Shown here: positions 36,501 through 50,952 of the stretch, piece after piece
How positions within the stretch are numbered: the stretch's first letter is position 1
Layout: every line of letters begins with the position of its first letter
Source: Cetorhinus maximus
Lineage: Eukaryota
NCBI RefSeq assembly: GCF_964194155.1
Contig: NC_135879.1
Span: 53,072,001-53,136,000, forward strand
Direction: 5' to 3'
Length of the DNA: 64,000 bases
Notes under the pieces: generated by a model
Database searches by the model: none
What the model was told of the DNA's origin: nothing
What the model saw: the letters and a program-made list of their open reading frames with translations, nothing else
Made by a program: the position numbers and the translations under genes

Positions 36501-36564
36501 ATGGCAAAGAGGAGATATTCAAGATACTGGGTGGGCTAAAAATTAATGGAGGAGGGTTTTTAAT

Positions 36565-37003
36565 TATTATTCATTCATGGGATGTGACTGCTGCTTGGGC
36601 AGGTGATAATTAGCTGCACTCTAGAACTATTCAGTCCACATGGTCTAAGTATACCTGTAATGCTGCTGGAGAGTTCCAGGGTTTTGGTCCAGCGACAGTG
36701 AAGGAACAGCAATGTAGTTCCAAGTCAGGATGGTGAGCGACTTGGGAGGGGAAATTGCAGGTGGTGATGTTCCATTTGCTGCATTTGTTGTTCCAGGTGG
36801 TAAAGGTCATGGGTTTGGAAGGTGCTATCGAAGGAGGCTTGGCGAGTTGCTGCAGTGCACTTTGCAGATGGGATATACTGAAACCACTGTGCATTGGTAC
36901 AGTGAACGAATAAGGTGGTAGATGGGATGTCAATCCAGCAGGTTGCTTTGTCCTGAATGGTGTCAAGCTTGTTGAGTGTTGTTGGGGCTGTGCTCATCCA
37001 AAG
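36565..37003 (-). mobile_element. LINE family B 3' end
   Basis: ORF 36725-37006 WMSTAPTTLNKLDTIQDKA. Confidence 0.85.
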
Positions 37004-37004
37004 C

Positions 37005-37620
37005 AAATGGATGAGCTAACATAAAAGGGAATCCAAAAGTCTCCTATTGCCATACAAAAAGTAAAAAGGGTATAAGAGGACCAGTGGAGCCAATTAGGGA
37101 TCAAAAAGGGATCTATGAATGGAGGCAGAGGGCATGACTGAGTTACCAAATTAGTACTTTGCATACAGCTTTGCCAAGGAGTAAGAGTTAGAGTGAAAGA
37201 GGAGGCAGGTGAGACATTGCACAGGTTAAACATTGATAGAGAGGAAGTATTAGGAAGGCTGTCTGTATTAAAAGTGAAGTCACCAGAACTGGATGGATGC
37301 ATCCTAGTTTGCGGAGGGAAGCAAGGTCGAAATTGTGCAGGCACTGGCCATAATCTTCCAATCCTCTTAGATACAGGGGTGGTGTCAGAGGATTAGAGAA
37401 TTTCAAACATTACATTCTTGTTCAAAAAAAGTGCAAAGGATAAACCCAGCAACTACAGGTCAGCCAGTTTCACTTTGGTGGTGGAAAAGTTTTTAGAAGC
37501 AAATCCAGAATAAAATTAATAGTAACTTAGACAGGTGTGGATTAATTAAGGCAGGCCAACACAAACTTTGTTAAAGAAAGTAATGTTTAACCAGCCTGAT
37601 TGTGTTTTTTGTTGAAGTCC
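37005..37620 (+). mobile_element. CR1 fragment (pre-RT to RT N-terminus)
   Basis: ORF 37193-37396 IDREEVLGRLSVLKVKSPELDG; DKPSNYR motif at ~37439. Confidence 0.8.
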
Positions 37621-37624
37621 AGAA

Positions 37625-39795
37625 GGTACTGACACCATCCCTCAGCTGGTGAGTCAATACTCTTCAATGTTCATCACCACCTGCAAGTAGCACTGAGGAT
37701 AGTAATGACATAGATATACTCTGGGTGGAGGACTTGAATGCCCATCACTAAGAGTGGCTTGGTAGTACCACCGCTGATGTCACTGGCCAAGTCCAGAACA
37801 CAGCTGCCAGAATTATGATGCCAGAATAGATGGCGAGAACCCAACCTGATAAAATAACCAATTTGACCTGAGCCACACCAATCTACCCATCACAGATGCA
37901 TTTTCACAGGTGTATTTTTGCACAACAGTATTGATAGGAGTGACCAACCCCCACCCTTGTGGGGGCAAATTCCAATCTTCATTCTAAGGACACCATCCAT
38001 CATGTTGTGTGGCACTATCATTGCACTAAACGCATTGATTAAGTGTAGCAGCTCAACACTGAGCATCCATGACACACTTGGGCTTTCAGCAAGAGCAGAA
38101 TTGTATACCACTTGGAATCTCATTTGCTGACTCTTTCCAAATGACCAACCTTGGTCCAATAAGTAGCGCAGAAGAGCATACAAGGAGCAACACCAAGAAT
38201 AAATGAAAATAAGATGTCAACCTGGTGAAACCACAACACAGAATGACATGCATTCTGAACAGTGGAAGCAGCATGCTATAGACAGAACCAAGTCATCCCA
38301 CAACAAACGGATCCAATCAAGGTTCTGCATCCTTGCCAATTCCACTAATGAATGGCAGTGAATATTTAAGCAAGGTAAAGAGGGAGGGAAAAAAAAAATC
38401 AATAAACATCCCCATCCTCAATGGTTTGGAGCTTGAGCAACAGCTGGCATCACTGCAGTCCACCCACGAGGCAGAGAGGTTTGTGGATAGCACAGGCAAG
38501 GAACAGTCCTGGTGTAGTATGGCACTACCACCGTGCTAAATGGGATAGACTCCGAATAGATCTAGTAGCTCAAAACAGGCATCTATGAAGCACTGAGACA
38601 CCAGCAGAATTGTATATGCCACCACAATCTGAATCCTCATGGCAAGCCATATCCCTCACTCTATCTATGCCATCAAGCCAGGAGGTTAACCCTGGTTCAA
38701 TGAGTGCAGGAGAACATGCCAGGCATACGTAAAAAACGAAGCTATAATACAGGACTACATGTATACTAAACAGCGGAAGCACTGTGCGAAAGACAGAGCT
38801 AAACAATCCCAGAACCAAGAGACCCGATGGAAGTTATGCAGTCCTACCAAATACAGTTGTGAGTGATGATGATGGAAGATTAAACAACTGGAGGAGGCAC
38901 CTCCACAAATATCCCAGCCTCAATGATGGGGATGCCCAGAACAGCAGTGCAAAAGACAAGCCCGAAGCATTTGCAACCATCTTCAGATAAAAGTACCAAC
39001 CAGATGATCCATTTTAGCCTCCGCCCCAGCATCAGATCCTTCAGCCAATTCGATTCACTGCATGTAATACCAAGAAATGGCACAATCAAGGCTGTCAAAA
39101 GGGATTTGGATAATCATATGAAAAAAAATTTGCAGAGCTACAGGGAAAAGACAGGGGTGCAGGACTGGGCGAGTTCCTCTTGCAGAGAGCGGCATGGACG
39201 TGATGGGCCGATTGGCCTCCTTTTATGCTGTAACCATTCTATGATTCTGTAAGGTTGAACTATTCACAACCACCTCAGGCATAAGTGCCGAGTAGGTGAT
39301 CCTTCCCGAGGTCCTCACCATCATACGTGCTAGCTTTCAGCCAATTCAATTCATTCAACAATATCAATAAACAGTGCACTGGGCATATCAAAAGGCTACA
39401 GGATCCGATAGCATCCCAGCTTTACTATCAAAGGCTTGTACTCCAAAGCTAGCCATGCCTCTAGCCACATGGTAAAGCTGTAACACATCATCGACCGGGC
39501 AATATGGTAAATTGCCTAGGCATGTCCTCTCCACGAAAAGAAATCATCCATCCTGGACAATTACTGTCCTATCAGCCTACTTCCAAACATCAGCAAAGTG
39601 ATAGGAGTTATCAATAGTGCGGTCATCACTCGGTCAAAATCTTGGACCTTACTTCAGCACTCTGAGCATACCTTCACCTCACAGATTGCAGTGGTTTAAA
39701 GAGCAGCTCACCAATACTTTCTACAGGGCAACTAAGGATAGGTAGCGTCAACTCTGATATATTGCTAGTGATGCCAACACCCCCAGAATGAACAC
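37625..39795 (+). mobile_element. Cluster of LINE family B fragments (EN to 3' end) with a nested CR1 tail (~39085-39250)
   Basis: ataggagtgacca and LNDGDAQNSSAKDKPEAFATIF motifs; NYCPISLLPNISKV (~39559); degenerate tail at ~39720-39795. Confidence 0.65.
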
Positions 39796-40154
39796 CATTT
39801 ATTCTAAGTGGGCTCTATGATTCTAGGATAGTGATAATTGTAATATCAGCATATATTTCCATTAAACCAAGTTCATTTTATTAGAGCCAATCAAGCATTT
39901 ATGTCTCGCAACAATTACATTACATGACTATAGAAAATGAACAAGTATTTTTAATAAGACCAATCAGCACTTTTTCAGAGAAACCAAGATGGGTAATAAA
40001 TGTGGCTTTGCCATCGTTGTCCACATCAGAGAATAAATTATTTTAATAACTTTTTCTGACTCCCTGTACAAAGGAACATGATTTGCAAGATAGAAGGCAA
40101 ACTAGGACTATTTCTACCATCCTGGCAGCTCACGATACAATATTAGAGTTATTT

Positions 40155-40645
40155 AGAACATAAGAAATAGGAGCAGGTGTAGTTCCTACTGCCCATTAAG
40201 CCTGCCCCACAATTCAGTACCATGGCTGACCTTCAGATTCAATTCCATTTTCCTGCCACTCCCCATATCTCTCCATTCCCCAAGAGACCAAACATCTGTT
40301 TATCTTAGCCTTAAATATACTCAATGGTAGCACATCCACAACCCTCTGGGGTACAAGGTTCCAAAGATTCACAACCCTCTGAGTGAAGAATTTCTCCTCG
40401 TCTCAGTCCTAAATAATTGACCCCTTATTCTGAAACTGTGCCCTATTGTTCCAGAATCCCCAGCCAGATGAAACAACCTCTGAATTTGACCCTGTCAAGC
40501 CCCTTCATAATCTTGAATGTTTTAATGAGATCACCTCCAGAGAATATAGACACAGTTTACTCAGGCTCCCATCATGGGACAATCCTGTCATCCCAGGGAC
40601 AATCTAATGAATCTTTGCTGCACTGCCTTCAATGCAAGTATTCAT
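40155..40645 (-). mobile_element. CR1 3' end
   Basis: Reverse tail agaacataagaaataggagcagg; ttccaaagattcacaaccctctgagtgaagaa is the reverse of FFTQRVVNLWN. Confidence 0.85.
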
Positions 40646-42044
40646 TACAAATCAATCTCTCTCATTTAGTATACAACGGAACCAAATCTGAGGTGAGGGA
40701 ATGCCAGTGGGCCAAGGCAAGGTACTTGGTGAAAATCAATAAGTGGCGGAAGGTTGATGGGGGAAAACCAACTGCTTCCCATCGCTATTTTCTCAAGTAA
40801 TAAGTCTTCGATGTCAATTAGTGATAATTAGTGATAACAACAACCAGGGTGATACACAGCAAATGGAGAAACATTGCCACATTAAATGTTCAAGTATCTG
40901 TATACTGGTTCTACAATATTTCAGCAGTTATTAACATCCTAAAATTAATCATAAACATAGAATGTGCAACATTTTTCCATCTGTTCAGTGCACTTAAGAG
41001 TGAACAAGACTTGTCACTCCCCACCCTCTAATAGATTCTGCTCAAAAGATTTATCTGCCAAATATGGAACTGAAAGAACTTGGCTTTCCTCTGCTTCAAA
41101 CAAACTGAAAATGTCACCTTTTGTGACTTTTCATTTCCTTACAAGAAACTGAATTATAAACAAGCACATCATCTTCCCCTCCTCTCCTTACGGATATCCA
41201 AAGTCCACCATGAGCAGATGCCATCAACTGTTAAAACCATACACTGGCTTCTAATACACACCTCCTTCTGAATAATTCAGTTCTAGAATGAATAATACTC
41301 TAAGTCACACAAGAGCAACTAACTATATTGCATACGTTTCACAACAGTTCAGCAATAAGAAACATTAAAAACTGCATGTACTCAACCAGATTAATTCTTA
41401 TTTTAAGTAGGAGCACAGAACTACCCCAATCAAAAGATCAGATGCTTGGATTTCAAAAATCTAATTCATAAATCTGGACTTCAGTAAGATAACCTGTGTT
41501 AAACCGACACTGCCTGGTGAAGCAAATGAAAATTTGTTTCTGGAAACTTTTTTTTTTAGTTAATAGCAGTAATGGGGCAGGGGATTTTCATAATGTGCCT
41601 CTACCATCAACATTTACATTAATTATTTCAGGTGCGAAAATGTATCAATTCCATAACCACATTTTGATTTAAGCCAGAACTATTACACTGCACAGTAATG
41701 TACTGCAATAAGACTATAATTAGTACCCTGTAACAATATAGGCATTCCAATGTTCGGTTAATTTACCCAATTTCTAACTCAAACCATCAAATTGATTCCT
41801 AATGTGTGCGACTGGTAGTTTTCTGGGGTGCATGGCACCTCTTTAGAATTTGTCCACTAAAACGGAATTATAAATTTTAAGCCAGCACCAAAATCAACTA
41901 CTGCCACTGACTTAATTGTACAGGGCCTTAGGCAATGGTCAAAAATCAATATTTAATTATTGCATATGACAACCAACTGATTGAAGTACCTGCAGAGCAC
42001 AACTTGCATACTGTAAACAGGTTCAGTACTCAGAGGAAATCATA

Positions 42045-44320
42045 CCTATTTTTATTTGCTCATGAAATGTGGACGTTGTTGGCAAGGTCAGTATTTACTG
42101 CTCATCCTCAATTACCCCCGAGGTGGTGGTGGTGAGCTGCCTTCTCAGTCCATGTGCTGAGGGTACACCTACAGTGCTGTTAGGAAGGGAATTCCAGGTT
42201 TTATACCCAGTGACAGTGAAGGAACGGCGATTTGTTCCAAGTCAGGATGGTGCAAGACTTGGAAAGGAACTTGCAAGTGGTGGTGTTCCCAAGCAGCTGT
42301 TGCCTTTGTCATTCCAGGTGGTGGAAGTCACTGGTTTAGAAAATGCCGTCCAAGAAAATTACTGCAGGGCGTCTTCTAGATAGCAGACACTGCAGCCACT
42401 GTGTGCCGATGGTGGAGGAAGTGATTGTTTGAGGTAATGTATGAGATACCAATAAAGTAGGCTGCTTTGCCCTGGATGGCATTGCAGCTCCAACAACATT
42501 CAAGAAGCTTACTCATCCTGCAAAGTTGAGAGTATTCCATCACACTCCTGACTTGTACCTTATAGATGGTGGACAGGCCTTGGGGAGTCAGGAGTAATCT
42601 ATTTACCAGCCAGCCTCTGACCTCCTCTTGAAACACAGGGTGGAATTTAATCTGGCTCATGGTAGCAAACTAGGGCGTGCAAGTGGACGTGGACCACTTC
42701 ATTTTCCGAGGAGCTGCAAATGGTACTGAACACTGCAATCAACAGCGAGCATCCCTACCTCTGACCTTACGATAAACGGAAGGTCATTCATGAAGCAGCT
42801 GAAGATGGTTGCATCTAATACCCTGCCCTGAGGAACTCCTGCAGTTATGTCCTGGGCCTGAGATGATTGGTTTCCAACAAATACAACCATTTTCCTTTGT
42901 GCAAGGTATGACTCCAGCCAGCAGAGAGTTTTCCCCCTAATTTCCATTGATTTCAATTTTGCTCGGGTCCCTGATGCCACTTTTGGTCAAACACTGCCTT
43001 AATGTCAAGGGCAGTCACTCCCCCCAATCCTCTGGAATTCAACTCCTTGGTAATCCTTAGGCCAAAGCTAGAATGAGGTCTGGAGCTGAGAAGTCCTGGA
43101 AAAATTGGTAAGCAGGTTACTGCTGAGTAAGTGCCACTTTGTAGCACTGTTTAACATACCTTCCACTACTCTGCTGGCGATTAAGAGTAGAGTATGGGGC
43201 GGTAACTGACTGGATTGGATTTGTCCTGTGTTTTGGGGACAGGCTATACACGGGCAACTTTCCACACTGTTGAGTAATGTCAATGCTGCAGCAGTACTGG
43301 AACAACTTTGCTGGGGGCATGGTTGCTCTGGAGCACATGTTTTCAAACTGTGAAGGAATACAATTGTGCTGCTGTTGATAGCCCACAGCACCTCATGGAT
43401 GCCCAGTTTGAGCTTCCAGATCTTTTCCCAATCTATCCCATTTAGAACAGCGATAGTGCCACACAACACAATAAAGGTGCCATCGGTGTGAAAGAAAGAC
43501 TTAGTCTCTACAGCAACTGTGGGTGGTTACCCAGAACAAGACTGTAATGCCCAGATGCATCTGCAACAGATAGGCTGGCGAGAATGAGGTCCAGTAGGTT
43601 TACCCTCGTGTGGGTTTTCTTACCATCTGTCAAAGACCCAGTCTGGCAAATATGTCCTTCAGGACTCGCTATCTTGGTCATAAGTGGTGCTACCATGTTA
43701 CTTGGTGATGAACATTGAATTTCCCCACCCAGAGATAATTAAGTGCCCTTGCTACCCTTAGTGCTTCCTCCAAGTGATACTCAACATGGAGGAGCACTGA
43801 TTCAGCTGAAAAAGGGTGGTAGGTAGTAATCAGCAGGGGGTTTTGACCTGATGCCATGAGAAGTTAGGACTGGTCAGGAGATACCCAGGAGAGGTGGATG
43901 TAAGGTTTGATTCTGCAAGTATGACTGGCATAATGCAATGACTGTTTTTTTATTACCATCTCTAATTGCCCTCGAGGTGGTGGTGGTGGTGAGCACCTTC
44001 TTTAACTGCTGCAATCCATCTAGTGTAGGTATTGATGGTGCTGTTAGGGAGGGAGCTCCAGGATTTTGGTCCAGAAGTGAAGGTGGCGAGAAATATTTAC
44101 AAGTCTGTATGTGCATAACTTGGAGAGGAACTTGCAGGTTGTGGTGGTGGTGTCTCCATGTGCTTGCTGACCATATTCTTTCAGGTGGTAGAAGTTAAGA
44201 GAGTGGAAGGTGCTATCAAAGGAGGCTTGACCTGTTTCTGCAGTGCATGGTGTAAATGGTACACACTACAGCAATGGTGGACAGGGTGACTGCTTAAGCT
44301 GATGAATGGGGTACCAATGT
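42045..44320 (-). mobile_element. LINE family B, long decayed copy plus second 3' end (~43945-44320)
   Basis: ORFs 42376-42980 with KLKSMEIRGKTLCWLESYLAQRKMVV and DITAGVPQGRVL; EN remnant NLLDLILASL at ~43600. Confidence 0.85.
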
Positions 44321-44434
44321 TATTTTTTTGACTAGCATGTGCGACAGGTCTCACAATTTTGGCAAGTCCCCAGAAGTTAGTGAGGAGTATTTTAAAGGGT
44401 GAACTGGGCTGGCTGTGCCTTTGTCATGTTTAGT

Positions 44435-44722
44435 GCTTGGGTGGCTTGCTGGGCCATTTCAAAGTGAAGTTAAATGTCAACCACAGTGGTCCAGGTCTGA
44501 TGTTCCAATCGGCTAAACCAGGTAAGGACAGCATTTCCTCCCCCGGGTTTTTACAATAATCAGTAGATTTCATACAATGTTTACTGATACTAGTCTTTTA
44601 TTGCAGATTTTATTTAACAATTTAAATTCTCCTACTTCTGTGATGGGATTTGAGTCAAGTCTCCAAATTGATTAACGCAAACCATTGGATTACTTGTCCA
44701 GTAATATAACCAGTTTGCCACT
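44435..44722 (-). mobile_element. tRNA-SINE, same family as 33635
   Basis: ccaggtaaggacagcatttcct and gggatttgag are reverse complements of the body and B-box of the 33635 copy. Confidence 0.6.
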
Positions 44723-44779
44723 GCATCTGACAGTAAAATTACAAAGCTCTTCGCATAGTCTTAAAAGTTGGCAGTTTGA

Positions 44780-45712
44780 TATATTAATAACTTGGATGAG
44801 GGAAGTGAGTGTGCTATCGCCAAGTTTGTGAATGACACAAAAGTAGGTGGGAAGGCAAGTGGTGAGGGTAACACAGAATCTACAGAGGAATATAGACAGG
44901 TTAAGTGAGTGGGCAAAAACTTGGCAGGTGGAATATAATGTGAGGTTATGCACTTAGGCAGGAAGAATAGAGGAGCTGAATATTATTTAAATGAAGAAAT
45001 ATTGCAGAAAGCTGTATCACAGAGGGATTTGGGGCTCCTCATGCATGAATCCCAAAAAGCTAGCAGTTAATGGGGAAGGCAAATGGAATGTTGGTCTTTA
45101 TTTCAAAAGGGAATGGAGTATAAAAACAGGGAAGTCTTGCTAAAACTATACAAGGCACTAGTTAGACCACGCCTAGAATACTGTGAACAGTTTTGGTCCC
45201 CTTATCTAAGGAAAGATATACTGGCATTGGAGGCAGTCCAGAGAAGGTTCACTAGGTTGATCCCGGGTATGGAGAGATTTTCATATGAGGAGAGGTCGAG
45301 TAGGTTGGGCCTGTACTCATTGGAGTTTAGAAGAATGAGAGGCGACCTTATTGAAACATACAAGATTCTTAGGGAGCTTGACAGGGTAGATGCTGAGAGG
45401 TAGTTTCCACTTGTGGGAGAGTCTAGGACCAGAGGGCATTATCTCAGATTAAGGGATCGCCCATTTAAGACAGAGATGAGGAGGAGCTTCTTCTCTCAAA
45501 GGGTAGTGAATCTGTGGAACTCTTTACTGCAGAGGGCTGTAGAGATTGGGTCATTAAGTATATTCAAGGCTGAGGTAAGGAAATTAAGGATTATGGGGAA
45601 GGGCAGGAAAGTGGAATTGAGAATCATCAGACCAGCCATGATCGCATTGAATGGCAGAGCAGGCTCGATGGGCCGAATGGCCTACTTATGCTCCCTACAG
45701 CTCATGGTCTTA
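44780..45712 (+). mobile_element. CR1 3' portion
   Basis: ORFs 45083-45730 LYKALVRPRLEYCEQFWSPYL and GESRTRGH...FFSQRVVNLWNSL; tail ctcatggtcttatg. Confidence 0.93.
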
Positions 45713-45935
45713 TGTTGCATTTTCGTGTAGTTGCATCTCTACTTTCCCACTCCAATTCTGTGCGTCATGCTCACTATCTTGCCCTTTGTTTCCAGTCTTC
45801 TTTATCTGTCTCCAAACTCGCGGTCTAACACTTGGGAGTTGTTTATTCGTACCATTTTTTAAATTTGCCACATTATTTCACACCTCATGATTACAATCCA
45901 GATCGAGGTTTAGCACCTGTAACAGCAATCTTTTC

Positions 45936-48180
45936 ATACAAACATACAAATTAGAAGGAGTAGGTCACTCGGCCCCTCGAGCCTGCTCCGTCATACAATC
46001 AGATCACCCATGATCTTATTGAAACCTCAACCTCACATTCCCACCTACGCCTGATAGCCTTTCACCCCCTTGCTTATCAAGTATCTATGTACCTCCACCT
46101 TAAAAATCTTCAAAGGTCTGCTTCCACCACCTTTTGAGGAAGGGGGTTCAAAAGACTCAACCTTCAAAATTTCTCCTCACCTGCGTCCTAAATGGGCGAC
46201 CTCTTATTTTTAACTAGTGGCCCATTGTACTAAATTCTCCCACAAGAGGAAACCATCCTCTCCACATCCACCCTGTCAAGACTCCTCAGGATCTTATGTT
46301 TCAATCAAGTCATGTCACCTCTTGCACTTCTAAACTCCAGCAGATACAAGCCTAGCCTGTCCAACCTTTCCTCATAAGGCAACCTGCCCAATCCAGGTAT
46401 TAGTCTAGTAAACCTTCTCCAAACTGCTTCCAATACATTTACATCCTCCCTTAAATAAGGAGACCAATACTGTACCCAGTACTTCAGATGTGATCTCACC
46501 AATGCCCTGTATAACTGAAGCATAACCTCCCTACTTTCGTCTTCAATTCCCCTTGCAATAAAGCTTTCCTAATTGCCTGCTATACCTCCATACTAGCCTT
46601 TTGTGATGCATGCACCAGGACATCCAGTTCCCTCAGAGCTCTGCAATCTTTCACCATTTAGATAATAAGCTTCTTTCTTTTTCCTGCCAAAATGGACAAT
46701 TTCACACTTTCCCATGTTATACTCCATTTGGCAGGTCTTTGCCCACTCACTTAACCCATCCATATTCCTTGTGTTCTGATCACATGTTACTATCCTACCT
46801 TTGTGTCATCAGCAAATTTAGCAACCTAAATTAAATTAAATTAAACCAAACCTAACTTCGGTCCCTTCATCCAAGTCATTTATATAAATTGTAAAAAGCT
46901 GAAGCCCCAGCACTGATCCCTGTGGCCCCATCATTTGTTACATCTTGACAACAAAAAAAGACCTCTTCAGGTCTACCTTCTGTTTCCTGGTAGCTAGCCA
47001 ATCTTCTATCCATGTCAATATGTTACCCCCTACGCCATGAGCTTTCATTTTTTACAATGACCTTTGTGGCGCCTTATCAAATGCCTTCTAGAAATCTAAA
47101 TTCAAATACATCCTCTAATTCCCCTTTATCCATGGTATATGTTACTTCTTCAAATAACTCTAATAAATTGGTTAAACATGATTTCCCTTTCACAAAACCA
47201 TGTTGACTCTGCCTGGTTACCCTGAATTTTTCCCAGTGCACTATAATGTGTTTAATAATAGCTTCTAACATCTGTCATAAGGAAAGTGTTAAGCTAACTG
47301 GCCTGTAGGTTCCTGTTTTCTGCCTCCCTACCTTTTTGAATAAAGGAGTTACGTTAGCTATTTTCTAATCTCATGGAACCTGCCCCAAATCTAGGGAATT
47401 TTGGAAAATTAAAACCAATATATCAACTATCTCACTAGCCACTACTTTTAAGACCCTAGCATGAAGTCAATCAGGACTTGGGCACTTGTCAGCCCACATC
47501 TCCAACAATTTTCTCAGTAGCACTTCCCTAGTGATTGTAATTTTCCCCAAGTTCCTCCCTCCCTTCCACTTCCTGATTGACAGCTATTTCTGGGATGTTA
47601 CTTGTATCCTCTATGTATCCTGAAGGCCGATGCAAAATACTGGCTCAATTCAACTGCCAAATCCTTATTTTCAATTATTAACTCCCCAGGCTCACTTTCT
47701 ATAGGACTAATGTTCACTTTGTTAACTCGATTCCTTTTTAAAATGTCTATAGAAACTCTTACTATCTGTCTTTATGTTTCTAGCTAGCTTTCTCTTGCAC
47801 CCTAATTTTCCTTTTCTTATCAATCTTTTCTTTGCTCTTTTTTATAATCTCCGATCAATCTTCTGATCTGTCACCCATCTTTGTGCAATTATATGCCTTT
47901 TTTTAAAGTTTGATACTATCTTTAGTTAACCATAGATGGTGGGTCCTCCCTTTGGAAATTCTCTTTGTTGGAATGTATCTGTTCTGTGTTTACTAAAATA
48001 TCCCCTTAAATGCCCGCCATTGCATTTCTACTGATGCATCCCTTAACCTAATTTGCCAGTTCATTTTAGCCAGCTGTGTTTTCATGCCCACATTGATGCC
48101 CTTAAGTTTAAAATACTAGTCTTAGACCCACTCTTCTCTCCCTCAAACTGAATGTAAAATTCAATCATATTATGACAGCT
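45936..48180 (-). mobile_element. 5'-truncated CR1
   Basis: ORFs 46305-46523 and 47077-47271 (SQHGFVKGKSCLTNLLELFEEVT); reverse tail catacaaacatacaaa. Confidence 0.92.
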
Positions 48181-49389
48181 TTTCCATTCACAAAGCTTCG
48201 GCTTTGCAAAGATCTCAGCTAGATTGGTGACATATTTAACCCCAACCAACCAATTATTCCCAGTTGATAATAAGGCAGTACAACAATAAAATTTCCTATG
48301 CAACGAAACCAGGAAATCAACATAATCTGACTGGACTTGGGTGCAAAATGGGGCAGGAATTCATCAGCCTGGTCCCAGTCCTTTCTGCACCTGTCAAATT
48401 TTCCATCATTTGCAGCCTTTCAACAAAGAATTCCAGGAGCATTTGCACATTGCTATTGTTTAGAACCCCAAAAGTAGGTTTAAATGGCAGGTTTGCCTAA
48501 CAGGAAATTTAGGGACTTCTATCTTTAATTCCATCTTGAAAGCCTTTATTCAGAAAAGGTAGCCGCCTGTAAGAAAATGGTAACCTGAAGGTGTGGCTTG
48601 GGAGCAACTCGAGCAGGTAGACTAATAGTTGGAACTACTTCAAACCAAGAGCACCCAAGGGCATCAGGCCTCAGGTACAGGCTGAGGGTGAGGGGGCACG
48701 CAGTCGAGTATGAAACTGGAGAACATTCAAGACTGGGTTTACCAGACTGCTTGCAGCAGTCGCAATGAATGCGGGAAAGTCTTAGGCTTGGAGCATGATT
48801 AGGACATGTTCCATGCTTGTGGCTCAGTCTCTCTCCAGAGCAGTCCATCTGTTGAATGTCTCAAGGCTTCTGTATGCCGTAAAGGAAAGAATGATCAATG
48901 TGATGGCTCCAACAATTTACACAAGATCTTTGACAAAATTTCCAAGCCTTGGGTTGGGCTCTTTATTATATATGTAGGCATGAAACTGCAGTTCAGAAAA
49001 AGCACAAGTGCTACAGCTCTCCAATGACTCAGGAAGTTTGTGCATGACTCAGTTACTGACTGAACAGTCAGAAAACCTTAGGTTCAGCCTGCAGTTTGTG
49101 CACAATATCTCATCTGACTTGTGCCAGCAGTAGGGGTGTCACAAAGCTCTCCACATCCTTGCGTTAAAAAATGAGAAAAATTGCTCCTGATTACTATGCA
49201 GTGACCCCTGCTGCAAGTGTGGAGAGGACCAGACCCACAGAGAGCCCTGAGGTCATTCAATTTGGAGGCTGGCATGAACAACAGCTGTTTGGTACCAGGA
49301 GCAGTAAATATCCAAGAAGCATTACACTAGTCAGGAAACATTGGAAAGAGGGAGACAAGAAACAGCAGAGACTTAGAAAGAAAATTTAA

Positions 49390-49590
49390 AACAGGTGCTT
49401 TTGAAACTTTGATACCACAAGGAACAGCTGGAGGCAGATAACATTCGATGCATTTAAAGGGAAGATAGATAAACATGAAGGAGAAGGATATGTTGATGGA
49501 GTTGAATGAAGAAGAGTGGGAGGAGGCTCATGTGATGCATACACACCAGCGTGGTCATGTTGGGTCAAATGACTTATGCAACTGTAACAG
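49390..49590 (+). mobile_element. Old CR1 3' tail
   Basis: gcatttaaagggaagatagataaacatg...gtgggaggaggctcatgtg...gttgggtcaaatgac. Confidence 0.6.
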
Positions 49591-49716
49591 GATGAAGTGG
49601 ATTGAGCGCTCACCCCCACTAGAAGACTCCTAAAATATGTTGCTCCTAGTAGTTTTTTTTAAAAATAGTTTCCTTCAGAACATATACATCTACATCTACA
49701 TGAACTATACATTACT

Positions 49717-50587
49717 GTGTATAGCAGGTATAGGCAACAAGAAGCAAATGAGGTACTTGTAGAGTATAGAAAATGTAAGAAAATACTAAAAAAGGAAATC
49801 AGGAAGGTAAAAAGAAGACATGAGGTTGCTTTGGCAGATAATGTGAAGGTAAACCCGAAGGGTTTCTACAAGTATATTAAGAGTAAAAGGATAGTAAGGG
49901 ACACAATTGGTTCCCTTGAAGATCAGAGTGGTCGTCTATGTGTGGAGCCTCACGAGATGGGGGAGATCTTAAAGAGTTTTTTTGCATCAGTATTTACTCA
50001 GGAAACTGGCATAGTGTATAAGGAAGGAAGGGAAACAAGCAGTAGTTACATGGAACATATAGAGATTAAAGAGGTGCTTGCTGCCTTACAGCGAATAAAG
50101 GTGGATAAATCCCCCGGGCTTGACATGATATTCCCTCGGACCTTGAGGGAGACTAGTGTAGAAATTTCAGGGGCCCTGGCAGAAATATTTAAAATGTCCT
50201 TAGCCACGGGTGAGATGCCGGAGGATTGGAGTTGTTGTTCCGTTGTTTAAAAAAGGCTCCAAAAGTAAACCAGGTAATTAGAGGCCAGTGAGCCTGACGT
50301 CAGTAGTAGGTAAATTATTGGAAGGTGTTCTGAGAGATCGGATATATAATTATTTGGACAGCCAAGGGCTGATTAAGGATAGTCAGCATGGCTTTGTGCG
50401 TGGTAGGTCGTGTTTAACGAACCTTGTAGAGTCTTTCGAGGAGGTTACCAAGAAAGTAGATGAAGGAAAGGCTGTGGATGTTGTCTACATGGACTTTAGT
50501 AAGGCCTTTGACAAGGTCCCACATGGGAGGTTAGTTCAGAAGGTTCAGACACTTGGTATCCATGGACAGGTTGTAAACTGGATTCAA
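49717..50587 (+). mobile_element. Young CR1 internal fragment (subfamily A of stack)
   Basis: ORFs 49717-50250 (NPKGFYKYIKSKR, DKSPGLD) and 50288-50605 (SQHGFVRGRSCLTNL, YMDFSKAFDKVPH); breaks off at VVNWIQ. Confidence 0.93.
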
Positions 50588-50952
50588 CTTCATGGAAAAT
50601 TATGAAAAAACTGAAAAGAAAGGAAAGCCCAGGAGAGGCTATTAAAGTCTCCAGAACACAAAATAGGACAGAGTGTTTGGAAAGGGCTAGGAATCTAACT
50701 TCCAGCACATCAGATAAAGGGACGACAATGAGAAAGGGGACGGGAAATACAGGACTGAAGGTGTTGTATCTGAATGCACGGAGTATACGAAATAAGGTAA
50801 ATGAGCTTGTGGCGCAGATTGAAATTGGCAGGTATGATGTGGTGGACATCATGGAGATATAGCTGCAAGGGGATCAGGACTGGGAGCTAAATATCCAAGG
50901 ATATACATCCTATCGAAAAGATAGGCAGGTTGGCAGAGGGGGTGGGGTTGCT

